A stretch of DNA of 64,000 bases. Source: an uncultured Pseudomonadota bacterium. GTDB lineage: Bacteria > Oederibacteriota > Muellerivitia > Muellerivitales > Muellerivitaceae. Both the position numbers and the translations under genes were made by a program. The notes beneath the pieces are model-generated. The model saw only the letters and a program-made list of their open reading frames with translations. It did no database searches and was not told the DNA's origin. Positions 50,643 through 60,348 of the stretch are shown here, in pieces. The DNA lies in assembly GCA_963836235.1 (NCBI GenBank), contig CAWIIP010000004.1, positions 64,001-128,000 of the forward strand. The letters run 5' to 3'. Position 1 is the first letter of the stretch, and each line of letters opens with the position of its first letter.

Positions 50643-51410
50643 TTGGAAGCGCTGTTAGTCCTTGTGGTTCAAATTGTCTTGGCTGGTTTTTTCTTTCTGT
50701 TCACCAGCCTTGCCTCTGCTTGGGCTCTTTTGCGCCGTTTCAAGCCCCGGCAGGTGGTTTTGACGGGCGCCTTCGCCATGGTTTTAATGTCCTTGGCCGT
50801 AGCCATCATTGACCGCCCTGATCCAAAGGAAAACGCGCTTGTTTCCTTCCAGCAATATTTCACCGAAAAGCATTTTGAAGAAGAATGGCAGGCGGATTCC
50901 CAAACCGCCATCAAGATGGGAGCGCCCCAGGATAAGTTGGAGGGGTTTAAGGAAGATTATAAAAAATATTTTTATAATCTCCTTCCATCATGGGTCGTAT
51001 CCGGCTGCCTGGTTTTCGGGCTAATGGCTTATTATCTGGTTTCCTTCATCCTCTCCCGAGTGACGACCCGGGTTCCGAAGGCCATGGCTTTTCAGGAATG
51101 GGTGATTCCCGAGCCCCTGGTTTTTGGTTTGATCACCGCCGGGTCCCTTAAAGTAGCGGCTGGTGAAAGGGCGTGGCTGGATATCCTCGGAAGCAACCTG
51201 TTGGTTTTCTTCACGGTGATTTACGTTTTGGGAGGTTTCAGTATTGTTTCTTTTTTCCTCCACAAATGGCGCCTGCCCGCTACGGTTCGGGTCTTAAGTT
51301 ATCTCATTTTGGTCCAACTGCCGCTGGATACGGTTTGCGCTTTGGGCGTTTTGGATGTTTGGTTTGATTTCCGTAAACTCAAAACGCGCCAAACGCAGCC
51401 AACGGCATAA
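50643..51410 (+). CDS. DUF2232 (YybS-like) membrane protein
   Basis: Position between rpsR and rplI; F.EW.IP and LG..D.WFDFRK motifs; GAGGAGG SD before TTG 50643. Confidence 0.85.
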   Translation: MEALLVLVVQIVLAGFFFLFTSLASAWALLRRFKPRQVVLTGAFAMVLMSLAVAIIDRPDPKENALVSFQQYFTEKHFEEEWQADSQTAIKMGAPQDKLEGFKEDYKKYFYNLLPSWVVSGCLVFGLMAYYLVSFILSRVTTRVPKAMAFQEWVIPEPLVFGLITAGSLKVAAGERAWLDILGSNLLVFFTVIYVLGGFSIVSFFLHKWRLPATVRVLSYLILVQLPLDTVCALGVLDVWFDFRKLKTRQTQPTA

Positions 51411-51445
51411 GAGCTTAGAAATTAGCAGTCAGGAGTTGTAAGTTT

Positions 51446-51889
51446 ATGAAAGTCCTCTTAAAAAGCGACGTTACTAATATCGGTAAAAAAGGTGAACTGC
51501 TGGAAGTGAAAGAAGGATATGCCCGCAATTTCCTTATTCCCAACGGCTTGGCCATCGAGGCGACGGGCGGCACGATGAAGCAATATGAAGAGGAAAAAAA
51601 GGCGGTTGACCGGCGCAAGGCCAAGGAAAAAGAAGACGCCCAAGCGCTGGCTTCCAAGATCAAAGGGGTTACCGTCACTTTACGGCACAAGGCAGGGGAA
51701 GAGGGAAGGCTTTTTGGCTCTATCACTTCCGCCGAGGTGGCCGAGGCCCTTAAGCAAAAGGGCTTTGAGATCGACAAAAAACAGGTTCACCTTGATGAGC
51801 CTATCCGGTTGTGCGGAAAACACGAAGCGAAGATCAAGCTCCATTCCGAAGTCACCTCCACCCTGAACGTGGAAGTGATGAAACTTTAG
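51446..51889 (+). CDS. rplI: 50S ribosomal protein L9
   Basis: MKVLL..DV..IGKKGE..EVK.GYARNFLIP; GRLFGSIT. Confidence 0.98.
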   Translation: MKVLLKSDVTNIGKKGELLEVKEGYARNFLIPNGLAIEATGGTMKQYEEEKKAVDRRKAKEKEDAQALASKIKGVTVTLRHKAGEEGRLFGSITSAEVAEALKQKGFEIDKKQVHLDEPIRLCGKHEAKIKLHSEVTSTLNVEVMKL

Positions 51890-52166
51890 AAAATTCGGCC
51901 TTTTCTCCTCGATTAAATCTTATGCCTGTTCTGCCGTAAAAAAACTCTTCGATAATTGAAAAATTTAGGGAATTCGGTTAGTATACTCGTGTATACCTTT
52001 TCGGTGGCCGCCAAAATTTCCAATTCCACTACGGCAGTTCATCTTTAGTTTATAAACCAAATTAGCAGAGTGGAAATCAAGTGAACCAAAACCTTATCGC
52101 TTTGAATGTTTTTTTAACATTCTGCCGGTTCCGAGATTTGCCGAATAAAGAAAAATTGATCGAGAG

Positions 52167-52252
52167 TTATTAAGAAGTTATACAAAAAATAATTTATTTT
52201 TTGATGTCTTTTGTGGACAACTAAATTTTTTTTGTGGACAGATTGTGAGTAA
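52167..52252. promoter_or_regulatory. Cluster of DnaA-box-like 9-mers upstream of dnaB
   Basis: TTATTAAGA 52167, TTATACAAA 52178, TGTGGACAA 52212, TGTGGACAG 52233, TGTGAGTAA 52244; 11- and 21-bp spacings. Confidence 0.6.
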
Positions 52253-52349
52253 GACGAAATCGTTGATTTTTTAAAAATTTTAACTTTGCATTCGGGATCG
52301 AAAAGATAGAATGCCCACCTAACAAAATTTTTAATTGGAGATTCTGTTC

Positions 52350-53744
52350 ATGGAAGTCGCCCGTAGAAGCAATCCACCTTCGCCCCTGCCCAACAATTCG
52401 GAGTTCCGCGTACCGCCCCAGGATTTAGAGGCCGAACAGTCCGTCTTGGGAGCCATGATGCTTTCTTCCGAGGCGACCCGCATTGTCATTCCGCTTTGCA
52501 AGGCCGAGGATTTCTACCGGGAAGCCCATCGCAAACTTTACCAGGCTATCGTGGCCCTGGATGACCGCAAGGAACCGGTGGATATCATCACCCTTACCAA
52601 CGAATTGAAACACATGGGTGAGTTCGAGACCATCGGTGGGGTTTCGTCCCTGACCACCCTGATTGAGCGGGTACCTACCGCCGCTAATGCCGAATATTAC
52701 GCGCAGATCGTCAAGGAAAAATCCGCGGCCCGCAGGCTCATCGCCGCCGCCACCCAGGTGGTGGCCGACGCATATGAGGATTCGGTTCCCATCAAGGAAC
52801 TTTTGGATGACGCCGAGCACCGCATCTTCGAGGCCACCGAGCTTCGGGAGACCAAGGATTTCGCCAGTATCAAGGACCTGATTGGGAACAGCTACGAGTA
52901 CGTCAACAACCTGTCGGACCAGAAGATGCACATTACCGGGGTTCCCACGGGTTTCTACGACTTGGACGAATTGACGGCGGGGTTGCAACCGTCCGAAATG
53001 ATCGTGGTCGGTGCCCGTCCTTCCATGGGAAAAACGAGCCTAGCCTTGAACATCGCCCAACATGTTTGTATGGGAAGTAACCAGCTTAAGAAAAAAATTC
53101 CGGTCGGATTCTTCTCCATTGAAATGACCGCTAAACAATTGGCCCTCCGCCTGCTTTGTTCGGTAGCCCGCATTGATTTACAGAAGGCCCGTTCGGGACA
53201 TTTGAGCGACCAGGACCGGGGACGACTCGTTAATATCACCGGCCAATTTTACGAGGCCAAACTCTTCATCGATGACACCTCCTCCATGTCGGTGCTGGAT
53301 TTGAAAGCCAAGGCCAGGCGGTTGAAACGGGAGCACGGGATCGGCATCTTGATCGTGGACTATCTCCAACTGATCCAGGCAGGCATCCGAACCGACAACC
53401 GTGAGCAGGAAATCGCCTATATTTCCCGCCAATTAAAGGCCTTGGCCAAAGACCTGGATATTCCCGTTATCGTGCTTTCCCAGTTGTCCCGTCCCCAAAA
53501 GGGCCAGGAGGAAAAGCGGCCTGTTTTGTCCGATCTTCGGGAGTCGGGAGCCATTGAGCAAGACGCCGACGTGGTCATCTTCATCCATCGTGAAAGTGAG
53601 GGGCAGTCGGAGGACGGCCATCCGAATTACAAGTATGAATTGGTGATCGCCAAACAGCGTAACGGCCCTACCGACAACGTTGACGTTACTTTCCGCCGTC
53701 AATATACCTCATTCGAGTCGGCCTCGAAGGTTTCGGAACGGTAA
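52350..53744 (+). CDS. dnaB: Replicative DNA helicase
   Basis: PP..LEAEQSVLG, GARPSMGKT, IVDYLQL, LSQLSR, SDLRESGAIEQDAD, IAKQRNGP; no intein; GGAG SD before ATG 52350. Confidence 0.98.
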   Translation: MEVARRSNPPSPLPNNSEFRVPPQDLEAEQSVLGAMMLSSEATRIVIPLCKAEDFYREAHRKLYQAIVALDDRKEPVDIITLTNELKHMGEFETIGGVSSLTTLIERVPTAANAEYYAQIVKEKSAARRLIAAATQVVADAYEDSVPIKELLDDAEHRIFEATELRETKDFASIKDLIGNSYEYVNNLSDQKMHITGVPTGFYDLDELTAGLQPSEMIVVGARPSMGKTSLALNIAQHVCMGSNQLKKKIPVGFFSIEMTAKQLALRLLCSVARIDLQKARSGHLSDQDRGRLVNITGQFYEAKLFIDDTSSMSVLDLKAKARRLKREHGIGILIVDYLQLIQAGIRTDNREQEIAYISRQLKALAKDLDIPVIVLSQLSRPQKGQEEKRPVLSDLRESGAIEQDADVVIFIHRESEGQSEDGHPNYKYELVIAKQRNGPTDNVDVTFRRQYTSFESASKVSER

Positions 53745-53788
53745 CAGTCACCCCCGATTTTCCGCAATTTTGTTACAATAAAATTCAC

Positions 53789-54919
53789 ATGAAAACAAAG
53801 TTTTCCAAAACCCCGGCCTGGGCCGAAATATCACTCGGCGCACTAAAACACAATTTTAGGGAACTGCAAAAACTTGCCGGGGGTTCGGAAATCCTGCCAA
53901 TGGTGAAAGCCAACGCTTACGGACATGGGTTGATTCCCATTTCGAAAGCCCTTATTCAAGCGGGTGCCAAGTTCCTGGGTGTGGCTTTTGTACAGGAAGG
54001 GGTTGCTTTGCGCAGAGCGGGAATCAAGACTCCCATTCTGGTGTTGACTCCCACTTTGACCGCTGAAATTCAGCTTCTTTTAAAAAACAAGCTTATTCCC
54101 CAGGTCAGCTCGAAAGAGGGAGCGAAAGAAATATCCAAAGCCGCGCGAAAGCTTCGGTTAGGCCCCATCGCGGTTCACGTCAAAATCGACACCGGCATGG
54201 CGCGGGTGGGGATTCAAGTGAGCCGGGTTGTCCGGGAAATCGAAGCTATACGCCGGGTACCGGGCATTCAAATCCAAGGAGTCTATACCCACTTGGCGAC
54301 AGCTGACTGGACCGACCCTCTTTACGCTTGGAAGCAGATTACTTTGTTCCGGCAGGCTTTGGAAAAAATTAACCGACAGGGAATGACCCCGGCCACCCAT
54401 GTGGCCAATAGCGCCGCTTTGATCACCTATTATCCCCAGTCGAAAGGAACCTGGGTGCGGCCGGGAATTGCCCTTTATGGCGTTTATCCCAACCCTAAGA
54501 TGAAAAACCGCATAAAATTGATCCCTGTCATGCAAGTCAAGACAAGGGTGATCCATACTAAGGCCCTGGAAAAAGGGGAATCAGTCAGTTACGGACGAAC
54601 CTACAAGGCGAAAAAGAAAATCAAGGTTGCTACCCTGGGAATGGGTTACGCGGACGGGCTTCTGCGTAGCTTGTCGAACAAGGGCCATTTCCTGATCATG
54701 GGCAAAAAGGTTCCGGTGATCGGCACGGTTTGCATGGATATGACCATGGTGGATGTTTCCAAGGTTCCAGGAGTAAAGGTGGGGGATGTGGCCACGTTCT
54801 TTGGCCAGGACGGAAAAGCTTTTATTTCCGTGGAAGAGCAGGCAGCCTGGGCCGGGACTATTTCTTATGAATTGCTTTGCGCGGTAGGGGAACGGGTACA
54901 ACGGATTTACCGGGAATAA
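53789..54919 (+). CDS. alr: Alanine racemase
   Basis: VKANAYGHG, KIDTGM.R.G, RPGIALYG, GYADG, CMD. Confidence 0.97.
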   Translation: MKTKFSKTPAWAEISLGALKHNFRELQKLAGGSEILPMVKANAYGHGLIPISKALIQAGAKFLGVAFVQEGVALRRAGIKTPILVLTPTLTAEIQLLLKNKLIPQVSSKEGAKEISKAARKLRLGPIAVHVKIDTGMARVGIQVSRVVREIEAIRRVPGIQIQGVYTHLATADWTDPLYAWKQITLFRQALEKINRQGMTPATHVANSAALITYYPQSKGTWVRPGIALYGVYPNPKMKNRIKLIPVMQVKTRVIHTKALEKGESVSYGRTYKAKKKIKVATLGMGYADGLLRSLSNKGHFLIMGKKVPVIGTVCMDMTMVDVSKVPGVKVGDVATFFGQDGKAFISVEEQAAWAGTISYELLCAVGERVQRIYRE

Positions 54920-54924
54920 AGGCC

Positions 54925-55716
54925 ATGTACGTTAAGAATTTAATCGAAAGATTTGGTAAAACCCTCGCTTATTTCATCCATGACATGGGAGAAATGGTTT
55001 TTTTAACTTTACGAATCAACCAATGGATGTTCCGTAAGCCATTTGATGGCAAACTTATCCTCCAGCAAATGGTCAAAATCGGTGTGGAATCTATTCCTGT
55101 TGCTATCATTACGGCCCTCTTTACGGGAATGGTTCTGGCCCTCCAAGCGGGTTACACTCTCGAGACCAAGATTAAAGGCGTGTCCCAATTCCTGGGTTCG
55201 GTGGTTTCCCTGTCCCTCGTGCGGGAATTGGGGCCGGTTTTGACGGCCATGGTGATCGCGGGTCGAATGGGTTCGGCGGTGGCGGCCGAAATCGGCACGA
55301 TGCAAGTCACCGAACAGGTGGACGCTCTTTATACCCTGGCGGCCAATCCGGTAAAGTACCTGGCGGTTCCCCGGTTCCTGGCCTTTACCTTTATGCTCCC
55401 CCTGTTGACGATATTCGCCGACCTGGTGGGTTGGGGTGGGGGGCTTTTCGTGAGTTCCCTAAAATTCACTTCTTCTACTGTCTATATCGAAAGCACCCAG
55501 TCTTCCTTGGAAACCAACGACATTTTGGGAGGGCTTATCAAAGCCTTGTTTTTTGGAGCCATTATCGCGGTTGTTTCATGCCGTCAGGGTTTCGCCACCA
55601 CCAACGGGGCCGAGGGAGTGGGTAAAGCCACCACAAACGCCGTTGTTTTTTCTTTCATGCTCATTCTTATTTCCGATTACTTCTTAACGGCTCTATTGAC
55701 GGCTTTCAACATTTAA
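54925..55716 (+). CDS. mlaE: MlaE family ABC permease
   Basis: RELGPVLTA...AGR.GSA.AAEIGTM.VTEQVDAL; GAEGVGKATT.AVV. Confidence 0.93.
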   Translation: MYVKNLIERFGKTLAYFIHDMGEMVFLTLRINQWMFRKPFDGKLILQQMVKIGVESIPVAIITALFTGMVLALQAGYTLETKIKGVSQFLGSVVSLSLVRELGPVLTAMVIAGRMGSAVAAEIGTMQVTEQVDALYTLAANPVKYLAVPRFLAFTFMLPLLTIFADLVGWGGGLFVSSLKFTSSTVYIESTQSSLETNDILGGLIKALFFGAIIAVVSCRQGFATTNGAEGVGKATTNAVVFSFMLILISDYFLTALLTAFNI

Positions 55717-55725
55717 GGAATAGCC

Positions 55726-56493
55726 ATGGACAAGAACAAAAAACTGATCGAACTAAAAAATGTCACCAAGAGTTTTGGCGAGCGCAAGGTGCTCGACGGG
55801 GTTGATCTTGAAATTTTTCAGGGAGAAACCTTGGTTATTATCGGCCGTTCCGGAGTCGGCAAAAGCACCATCCTCAAGCATGTGGCCGGATTACTCGCTC
55901 CTGACGACGGGGAGATTTGGGTTGAAGGGTTGGAGATTGGACGATTGGATGAACGGGAGTTGAACGAACTTCGCAAAAAAATGGGAGTTGTTTTCCAATA
56001 CGCGGCGTTATTTGATTCCCTTACGGTTTTCGAAAATGTGGCCTTCCGGCTTTTACGGGACTTTGAAATGCCTGAACCGAAGGCTGTCGAGATAGTAAAG
56101 AAAAAGTTGGAATTGGTGGGATTGAAAGACGACCTGATGGACCTGAAACCCGCCCAATTATCCGGCGGCATGCGCAAAAGGGTAGGTTTGGCCCGGGCCA
56201 TCGCCGTCGATCCGGAAATCATTCTTTATGATGAGCCTACTTCAGGATTGGACCCGGTGACTTCTGAGGCCATCAACGACCTTATTTTGGACATGCAAAA
56301 AAAATTAGGTGTCACCTCAGTGGTAGTTACCCACGATATGCACAGTGCCTACAAAGTGGCGAACCGAATCGCCATGATATATGATGGAAAAATTATCGGA
56401 ACCGGGACACCGGAGGAGATCAAAAACAGTGAAAATCCCTATATTCATCAATTTGTAACGGGAAGCGTGGAAGGGCCAATGCCGGTTCGCTGA
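55726..56493 (+). CDS. mlaF: MlaF family ABC ATPase
   Basis: GRSGVGKS, LSGGMRKRVGLARA, YDEPTSGLDP, VTHD. Confidence 0.93.
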   Translation: MDKNKKLIELKNVTKSFGERKVLDGVDLEIFQGETLVIIGRSGVGKSTILKHVAGLLAPDDGEIWVEGLEIGRLDERELNELRKKMGVVFQYAALFDSLTVFENVAFRLLRDFEMPEPKAVEIVKKKLELVGLKDDLMDLKPAQLSGGMRKRVGLARAIAVDPEIILYDEPTSGLDPVTSEAINDLILDMQKKLGVTSVVVTHDMHSAYKVANRIAMIYDGKIIGTGTPEEIKNSENPYIHQFVTGSVEGPMPVR

Positions 56494-56532
56494 CGGGAAC
56501 CGGAGGTTTGAATTCTTAATGATCGGGGTTTT

Positions 56533-57390
56533 ATGAAGGCTAGCCTTGAATTTAAAGTGGGCTTGATGACCATCCTGGCTCTTTTGGTCTTGATGTTTTC
56601 CATTCTTTTTCTTTCGAATTTCCGCCTCGGTAGTGGCGGCCGGATTGTCACGGCCCAATTCAATTTCCTGGGGGATTTGAAGGTCAACGCGCCGGTACAA
56701 TACGCGGGCGGTATTCGGGTAGGAGTGGTCCAGGACATCCGAATAGGGAATAACAAAGCCCTCGTGGACATGCTCATCACGAATAAAGACCTTAAAATTA
56801 GGAAAGACTCCCAAATCGCCCTTTATAGCGCGGGTCTTTTGGGGTCCCGTTACGTCCAGATCGGCGCCGATTTAGGGACCGGCCCTGAACTTCAAAAAGG
56901 GGATGTTCTGGACGGTCAGGATTCCAATAATTTGGATCAAACTTTCGCGCAGTTGGGAGATGTGATGGAAGCCTTTGAGAAAATGATGGGAGATCCGAAA
57001 GCCAAGGAAAATTTCCTGCATTCTTTTGACAATATGAACAAAACAACGGACCAATTATTGGCCCTGACCATCGCTAGTCGGACTAAGATTGAGAAGATGA
57101 TCGATCAAATGTCCCAATCCAGCGACCAGGTGCCCGAGATAGTCGCCAGCGCCCAGAAGGTTTCCAAGAACTTGGAAAATCTGACGAACGCTTTGAACAA
57201 GCAACAAATCACCCAGTCCATGAAGAACTTGGATAATGCCCTGAAAGTCATGAACGAAGTGGCCGACGATATCCACGACGGAAAAGGTGCCGTGGGCGTT
57301 CTTTTGAAAGACCAGCAAATGGGGGATGATATTAAGTCTTTAGTGGAAGAATTAAAGGCTCATCCCTGGCGACTTTTATGGAAGAAATAA
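56533..57390 (+). CDS. mlaD: MlaD/MCE family protein
   Basis: EFKVG plus TM anchor; L...APV...GIRVG.V; GLLG.RYV; helical tail. Confidence 0.9.
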   Translation: MKASLEFKVGLMTILALLVLMFSILFLSNFRLGSGGRIVTAQFNFLGDLKVNAPVQYAGGIRVGVVQDIRIGNNKALVDMLITNKDLKIRKDSQIALYSAGLLGSRYVQIGADLGTGPELQKGDVLDGQDSNNLDQTFAQLGDVMEAFEKMMGDPKAKENFLHSFDNMNKTTDQLLALTIASRTKIEKMIDQMSQSSDQVPEIVASAQKVSKNLENLTNALNKQQITQSMKNLDNALKVMNEVADDIHDGKGAVGVLLKDQQMGDDIKSLVEELKAHPWRLLWKK

Positions 57391-57411
57391 AAAAATATAC
57401 GGAGTTGGAAT

Positions 57412-58767
57412 TTGAGAAAAAAACGGATTTGGTTTCTTTGCTTGGCTTTTTTAACCGTGGGGGGAGCCTTCCAAGGTGTCAACGCGGATGAGGGTTCGGC
57501 TGATGCTTCTTCCGTGGCGGCCACCCCTACTCAAACCGATTCCATGGGTGGTGTGAAAATGGGGTCTGGCAAGGGTGGGATTCTTCAGGATAATTCCCAG
57601 ATTGGCCCGATGGAAGTTTGGGACGTGGATATGGGAATGGCTATGCCTTTCCCCATGGCCCACATGCCCATGAGCATGCTGATGCTGCACGGCTATGGTT
57701 TCTTCGAGGCTATCGCCGAGGAAGGGGTAGCCAGGGGTGGAGCGGGTTTTTCCGCTCCCAATATGTTCATGGCGGATTTGGGAACCTCAGTCGGGGCCGT
57801 CCAATATGTCAACTTAGACCTGATGTTGACCAGCGATCTTTGGACGGTGCCGAAAAATGGAACTCTCCAGCTTTTTCAAATCGGTGAAACCCACGCGGAC
57901 GGGACACCTTTCATCGACGCGCAACATCCCCATAGCTCGCCGATCATGGGACTTACTTTGAGCGATACCATCGTACTAGACCAGGCGGATAAAAGTGACC
58001 TTAAGCTGTTCGTGGCGCCCCGGGGGGAATCCACCGATGGGCCCATCGCCTATATGCACCGGATTACCGGAATGGTCAACCCGGATACACCGCTGGGGCA
58101 TCATATTGGCCAGGACGTAGGGCACATCTCCAGTACGGTTATCGGAGAGTCTTTAAAACTTGGAGGCTTTCATATCGAAGCTTCCACCTTTAATGGCATG
58201 GAGCCCGATCCCACTCAAGTGGACTTACCCATCCGCACACCCGATTCCTATGCTTGCCGCCTTATCCAGGAATTTTCACCCAATGTCATGCTCATGGCTT
58301 CCTATGCCTATGTGAATAACCCCGAGCCAGGAATCGCTAATGACAACCGTTATTCGGCGTCTTTTTATACCCATGTTCCGCTTTCAGAAGCCTGGACATG
58401 GCATAACACTCTCATTTATGGGGGTATCACCAACATTGACTATGCGAGTTTCCTAAATTCGACTTTGGAGGAATTTGCCCTTGTTAGTGAGAAAATGGCT
58501 GTTTATGGACGGGTTGAGGTCCTTCAAAGAACACCTAACCAATTAGGAATCCCCGGACTTCCGGACCCTAACTCTGGTCGTTGGGTTACCGCTATTTCCT
58601 TTGGCTATAGCCATCAGGTTGTGGCCTGGGACGGATGGGAACTGAGGGCGGGCGCGGAAGTGAGTAATGACCGAACCCCGGCGGAATATTCGCTTACCTA
58701 CGCTGGAGACCCCTTGAGCTATAAGTTTTTCTTTGAGTTGGGCGGGTCGCAAATGTATGGTTTGTAA
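57412..58767 (+). CDS. Met/His-rich exported protein, probable outer-membrane beta-barrel
   Basis: Signal peptide; MGMAMPFPMAHMPMSMLMLH; QHPH, YMHR, PLGHH..QD..HI; amphipathic strands. Confidence 0.65.
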   Translation: MRKKRIWFLCLAFLTVGGAFQGVNADEGSADASSVAATPTQTDSMGGVKMGSGKGGILQDNSQIGPMEVWDVDMGMAMPFPMAHMPMSMLMLHGYGFFEAIAEEGVARGGAGFSAPNMFMADLGTSVGAVQYVNLDLMLTSDLWTVPKNGTLQLFQIGETHADGTPFIDAQHPHSSPIMGLTLSDTIVLDQADKSDLKLFVAPRGESTDGPIAYMHRITGMVNPDTPLGHHIGQDVGHISSTVIGESLKLGGFHIEASTFNGMEPDPTQVDLPIRTPDSYACRLIQEFSPNVMLMASYAYVNNPEPGIANDNRYSASFYTHVPLSEAWTWHNTLIYGGITNIDYASFLNSTLEEFALVSEKMAVYGRVEVLQRTPNQLGIPGLPDPNSGRWVTAISFGYSHQVVAWDGWELRAGAEVSNDRTPAEYSLTYAGDPLSYKFFFELGGSQMYGL

Positions 58768-58847
58768 GAAGGGGCCATTTTAGAATTGGTTTAATTGGGA
58801 TAAGTTGGGTTGTTGGAAGACGGGAAAAAGTTCAAGGAGTGAATAAA

Positions 58848-59585
58848 ATGAAAAACGCTTTTAGGTTTTTATTGGGATTGACCCTGGCGCTGGCCGTCGG
58901 TCTGGCCAGGGCGACGGGAAATTTTGAGGGCGAAGTTGACATGAAAATGACCCACACCGGTTCGGATAAGACCATGACGATGCAGTATTTTGTTAAAGGC
59001 CACAAGATGCGCACCCAGATGGAAGGCAAAGAAGGAATGTCCGGCGGGGGTATTTTTGATTGGCAAAGTCACGAAATGATCATCCTGATGGACAAGCAAA
59101 AAATGTATATGGTGAGCCAGCTTGATCCGGCGAAAATGGCTTATGGCAAGGACCACCATTTTAAAATCACCAAAACTGGGGAAACCCTGGATATCCTGGG
59201 CTATACCTGCCGGGAATATGACTACACGTCCGATAACGGCAGCGGTAAGGTCTGGTTGGCTTCCGGCATTGGCAGCTGGTGGGGAACCGAAATGGCTGCG
59301 CAAGCCAATAAACTTCCTCCTGATCAAAGGGCACTGGTGAACATGGTAGAAGCCCAGAAGCTTTTTCCCATGAAGAGTGAGACGATGGATCAATCGGGAA
59401 ATGCCAAAAGCGAAATGGAAGTGACGAAGGTGGAGGAAAAATCACTGAGCTCCAGTTTTTTTGAAGTACCAGATGGCTACAAGAAATTAGATATGGGAGC
59501 GATGATGAATCAAACGTCGGGGGGCTCTAATCCATCCGGCAACGGCGATCCCTTAAGCGGGGTGAAGCCAAAACTTCCATTTTAA
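58848..59585 (+). CDS. DUF4412-like exported protein
   Basis: AAGGAG SD; signal peptide; FEG...MK, KTGET..ILGY.C..Y, VW.A, FEVP.GY. Confidence 0.78.
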   Translation: MKNAFRFLLGLTLALAVGLARATGNFEGEVDMKMTHTGSDKTMTMQYFVKGHKMRTQMEGKEGMSGGGIFDWQSHEMIILMDKQKMYMVSQLDPAKMAYGKDHHFKITKTGETLDILGYTCREYDYTSDNGSGKVWLASGIGSWWGTEMAAQANKLPPDQRALVNMVEAQKLFPMKSETMDQSGNAKSEMEVTKVEEKSLSSSFFEVPDGYKKLDMGAMMNQTSGGSNPSGNGDPLSGVKPKLPF

Positions 59586-59608
59586 CCGGAAAAATGATAA
59601 TGCTCATC

Positions 59609-59638
59609 GGGGCCCCTAGATCGGGGCCCTTTTTATTT
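59609..59638 (+). terminator. Intrinsic terminator
   Basis: GGGCCCC-TAGATC-GGGGCCC followed by TTTTTATTT. Confidence 0.75.
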
Positions 59639-59698
59639 GAAACAAGAAGGTATACACCTGTATAATTGAGGCGCAATCGATCATCGGGGAGACTTGGA

Positions 59699-60340
59699 AT
59701 GACTCGAAAAACCGACTTTTCATTTTTCACGAGAAATGCGGCTTGGCTTGTGTTTGTTCTTTTACTGCTTCCGCTAGGTTTGAACGCAGCGGAGGTCATG
59801 ACGAATGACGGCCAAAAATTCGATGGAAAGATTCTTGAAGAACAAACCGATTTCATACTTATGGAAATCGAGAACGGTGTCCATGTACGAATTGAGAAGT
59901 CCGAGATCGTTTATATCCAAAGGGAAGATTCTAAAAAATTGATAAATGAATACCCCGTTTTGGGAGTAACTTACGGCACTCCTAGTGTTGTTAATTTAGT
60001 GGCGGGCTATTATTTGGCCGATTTTGGATTGAAATTGACGGGAGCTTATTGGGCCGGCATACGGGGTGTCCAGGCCGATTTATCGTACAAAATCGTGGAC
60101 CACCCGTCTTTTATGGCCGACCTTTCATTGGTGGGGGGAGCCATGCAAACTAGCGGGGCCACCAACGGTTTTTCCCTCTGGAGTTCGGGCGCCTGGGGCG
60201 GCTCAAACTGGACCTATTACGGTCTTGGCTTCGACATTAATTATGGCGGTTTTGTCTTTGAAACGGACATGGTGAAAGGCCCTTTTCCCAATCCCATCGC
60301 CATTCCTATCCAAATTGGGTTTGTTCAAAGATTTAATTGA
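59699..60340 (+). CDS. Exported hypothetical protein (small N-terminal beta domain plus probable small beta-barrel)
   Basis: Signal peptide (LNA); DG..F.GKI..E motif; alternating aromatic strands ending ...IGFVQRFN. Confidence 0.6.
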   Translation: MTRKTDFSFFTRNAAWLVFVLLLLPLGLNAAEVMTNDGQKFDGKILEEQTDFILMEIENGVHVRIEKSEIVYIQREDSKKLINEYPVLGVTYGTPSVVNLVAGYYLADFGLKLTGAYWAGIRGVQADLSYKIVDHPSFMADLSLVGGAMQTSGATNGFSLWSSGAWGGSNWTYYGLGFDINYGGFVFETDMVKGPFPNPIAIPIQIGFVQRFN

Positions 60341-60348
60341 GGCGCGTT

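Noticed and set aside
52350-53744. Intein in DnaB
   Set aside because: Normal length with contiguous helicase motifs
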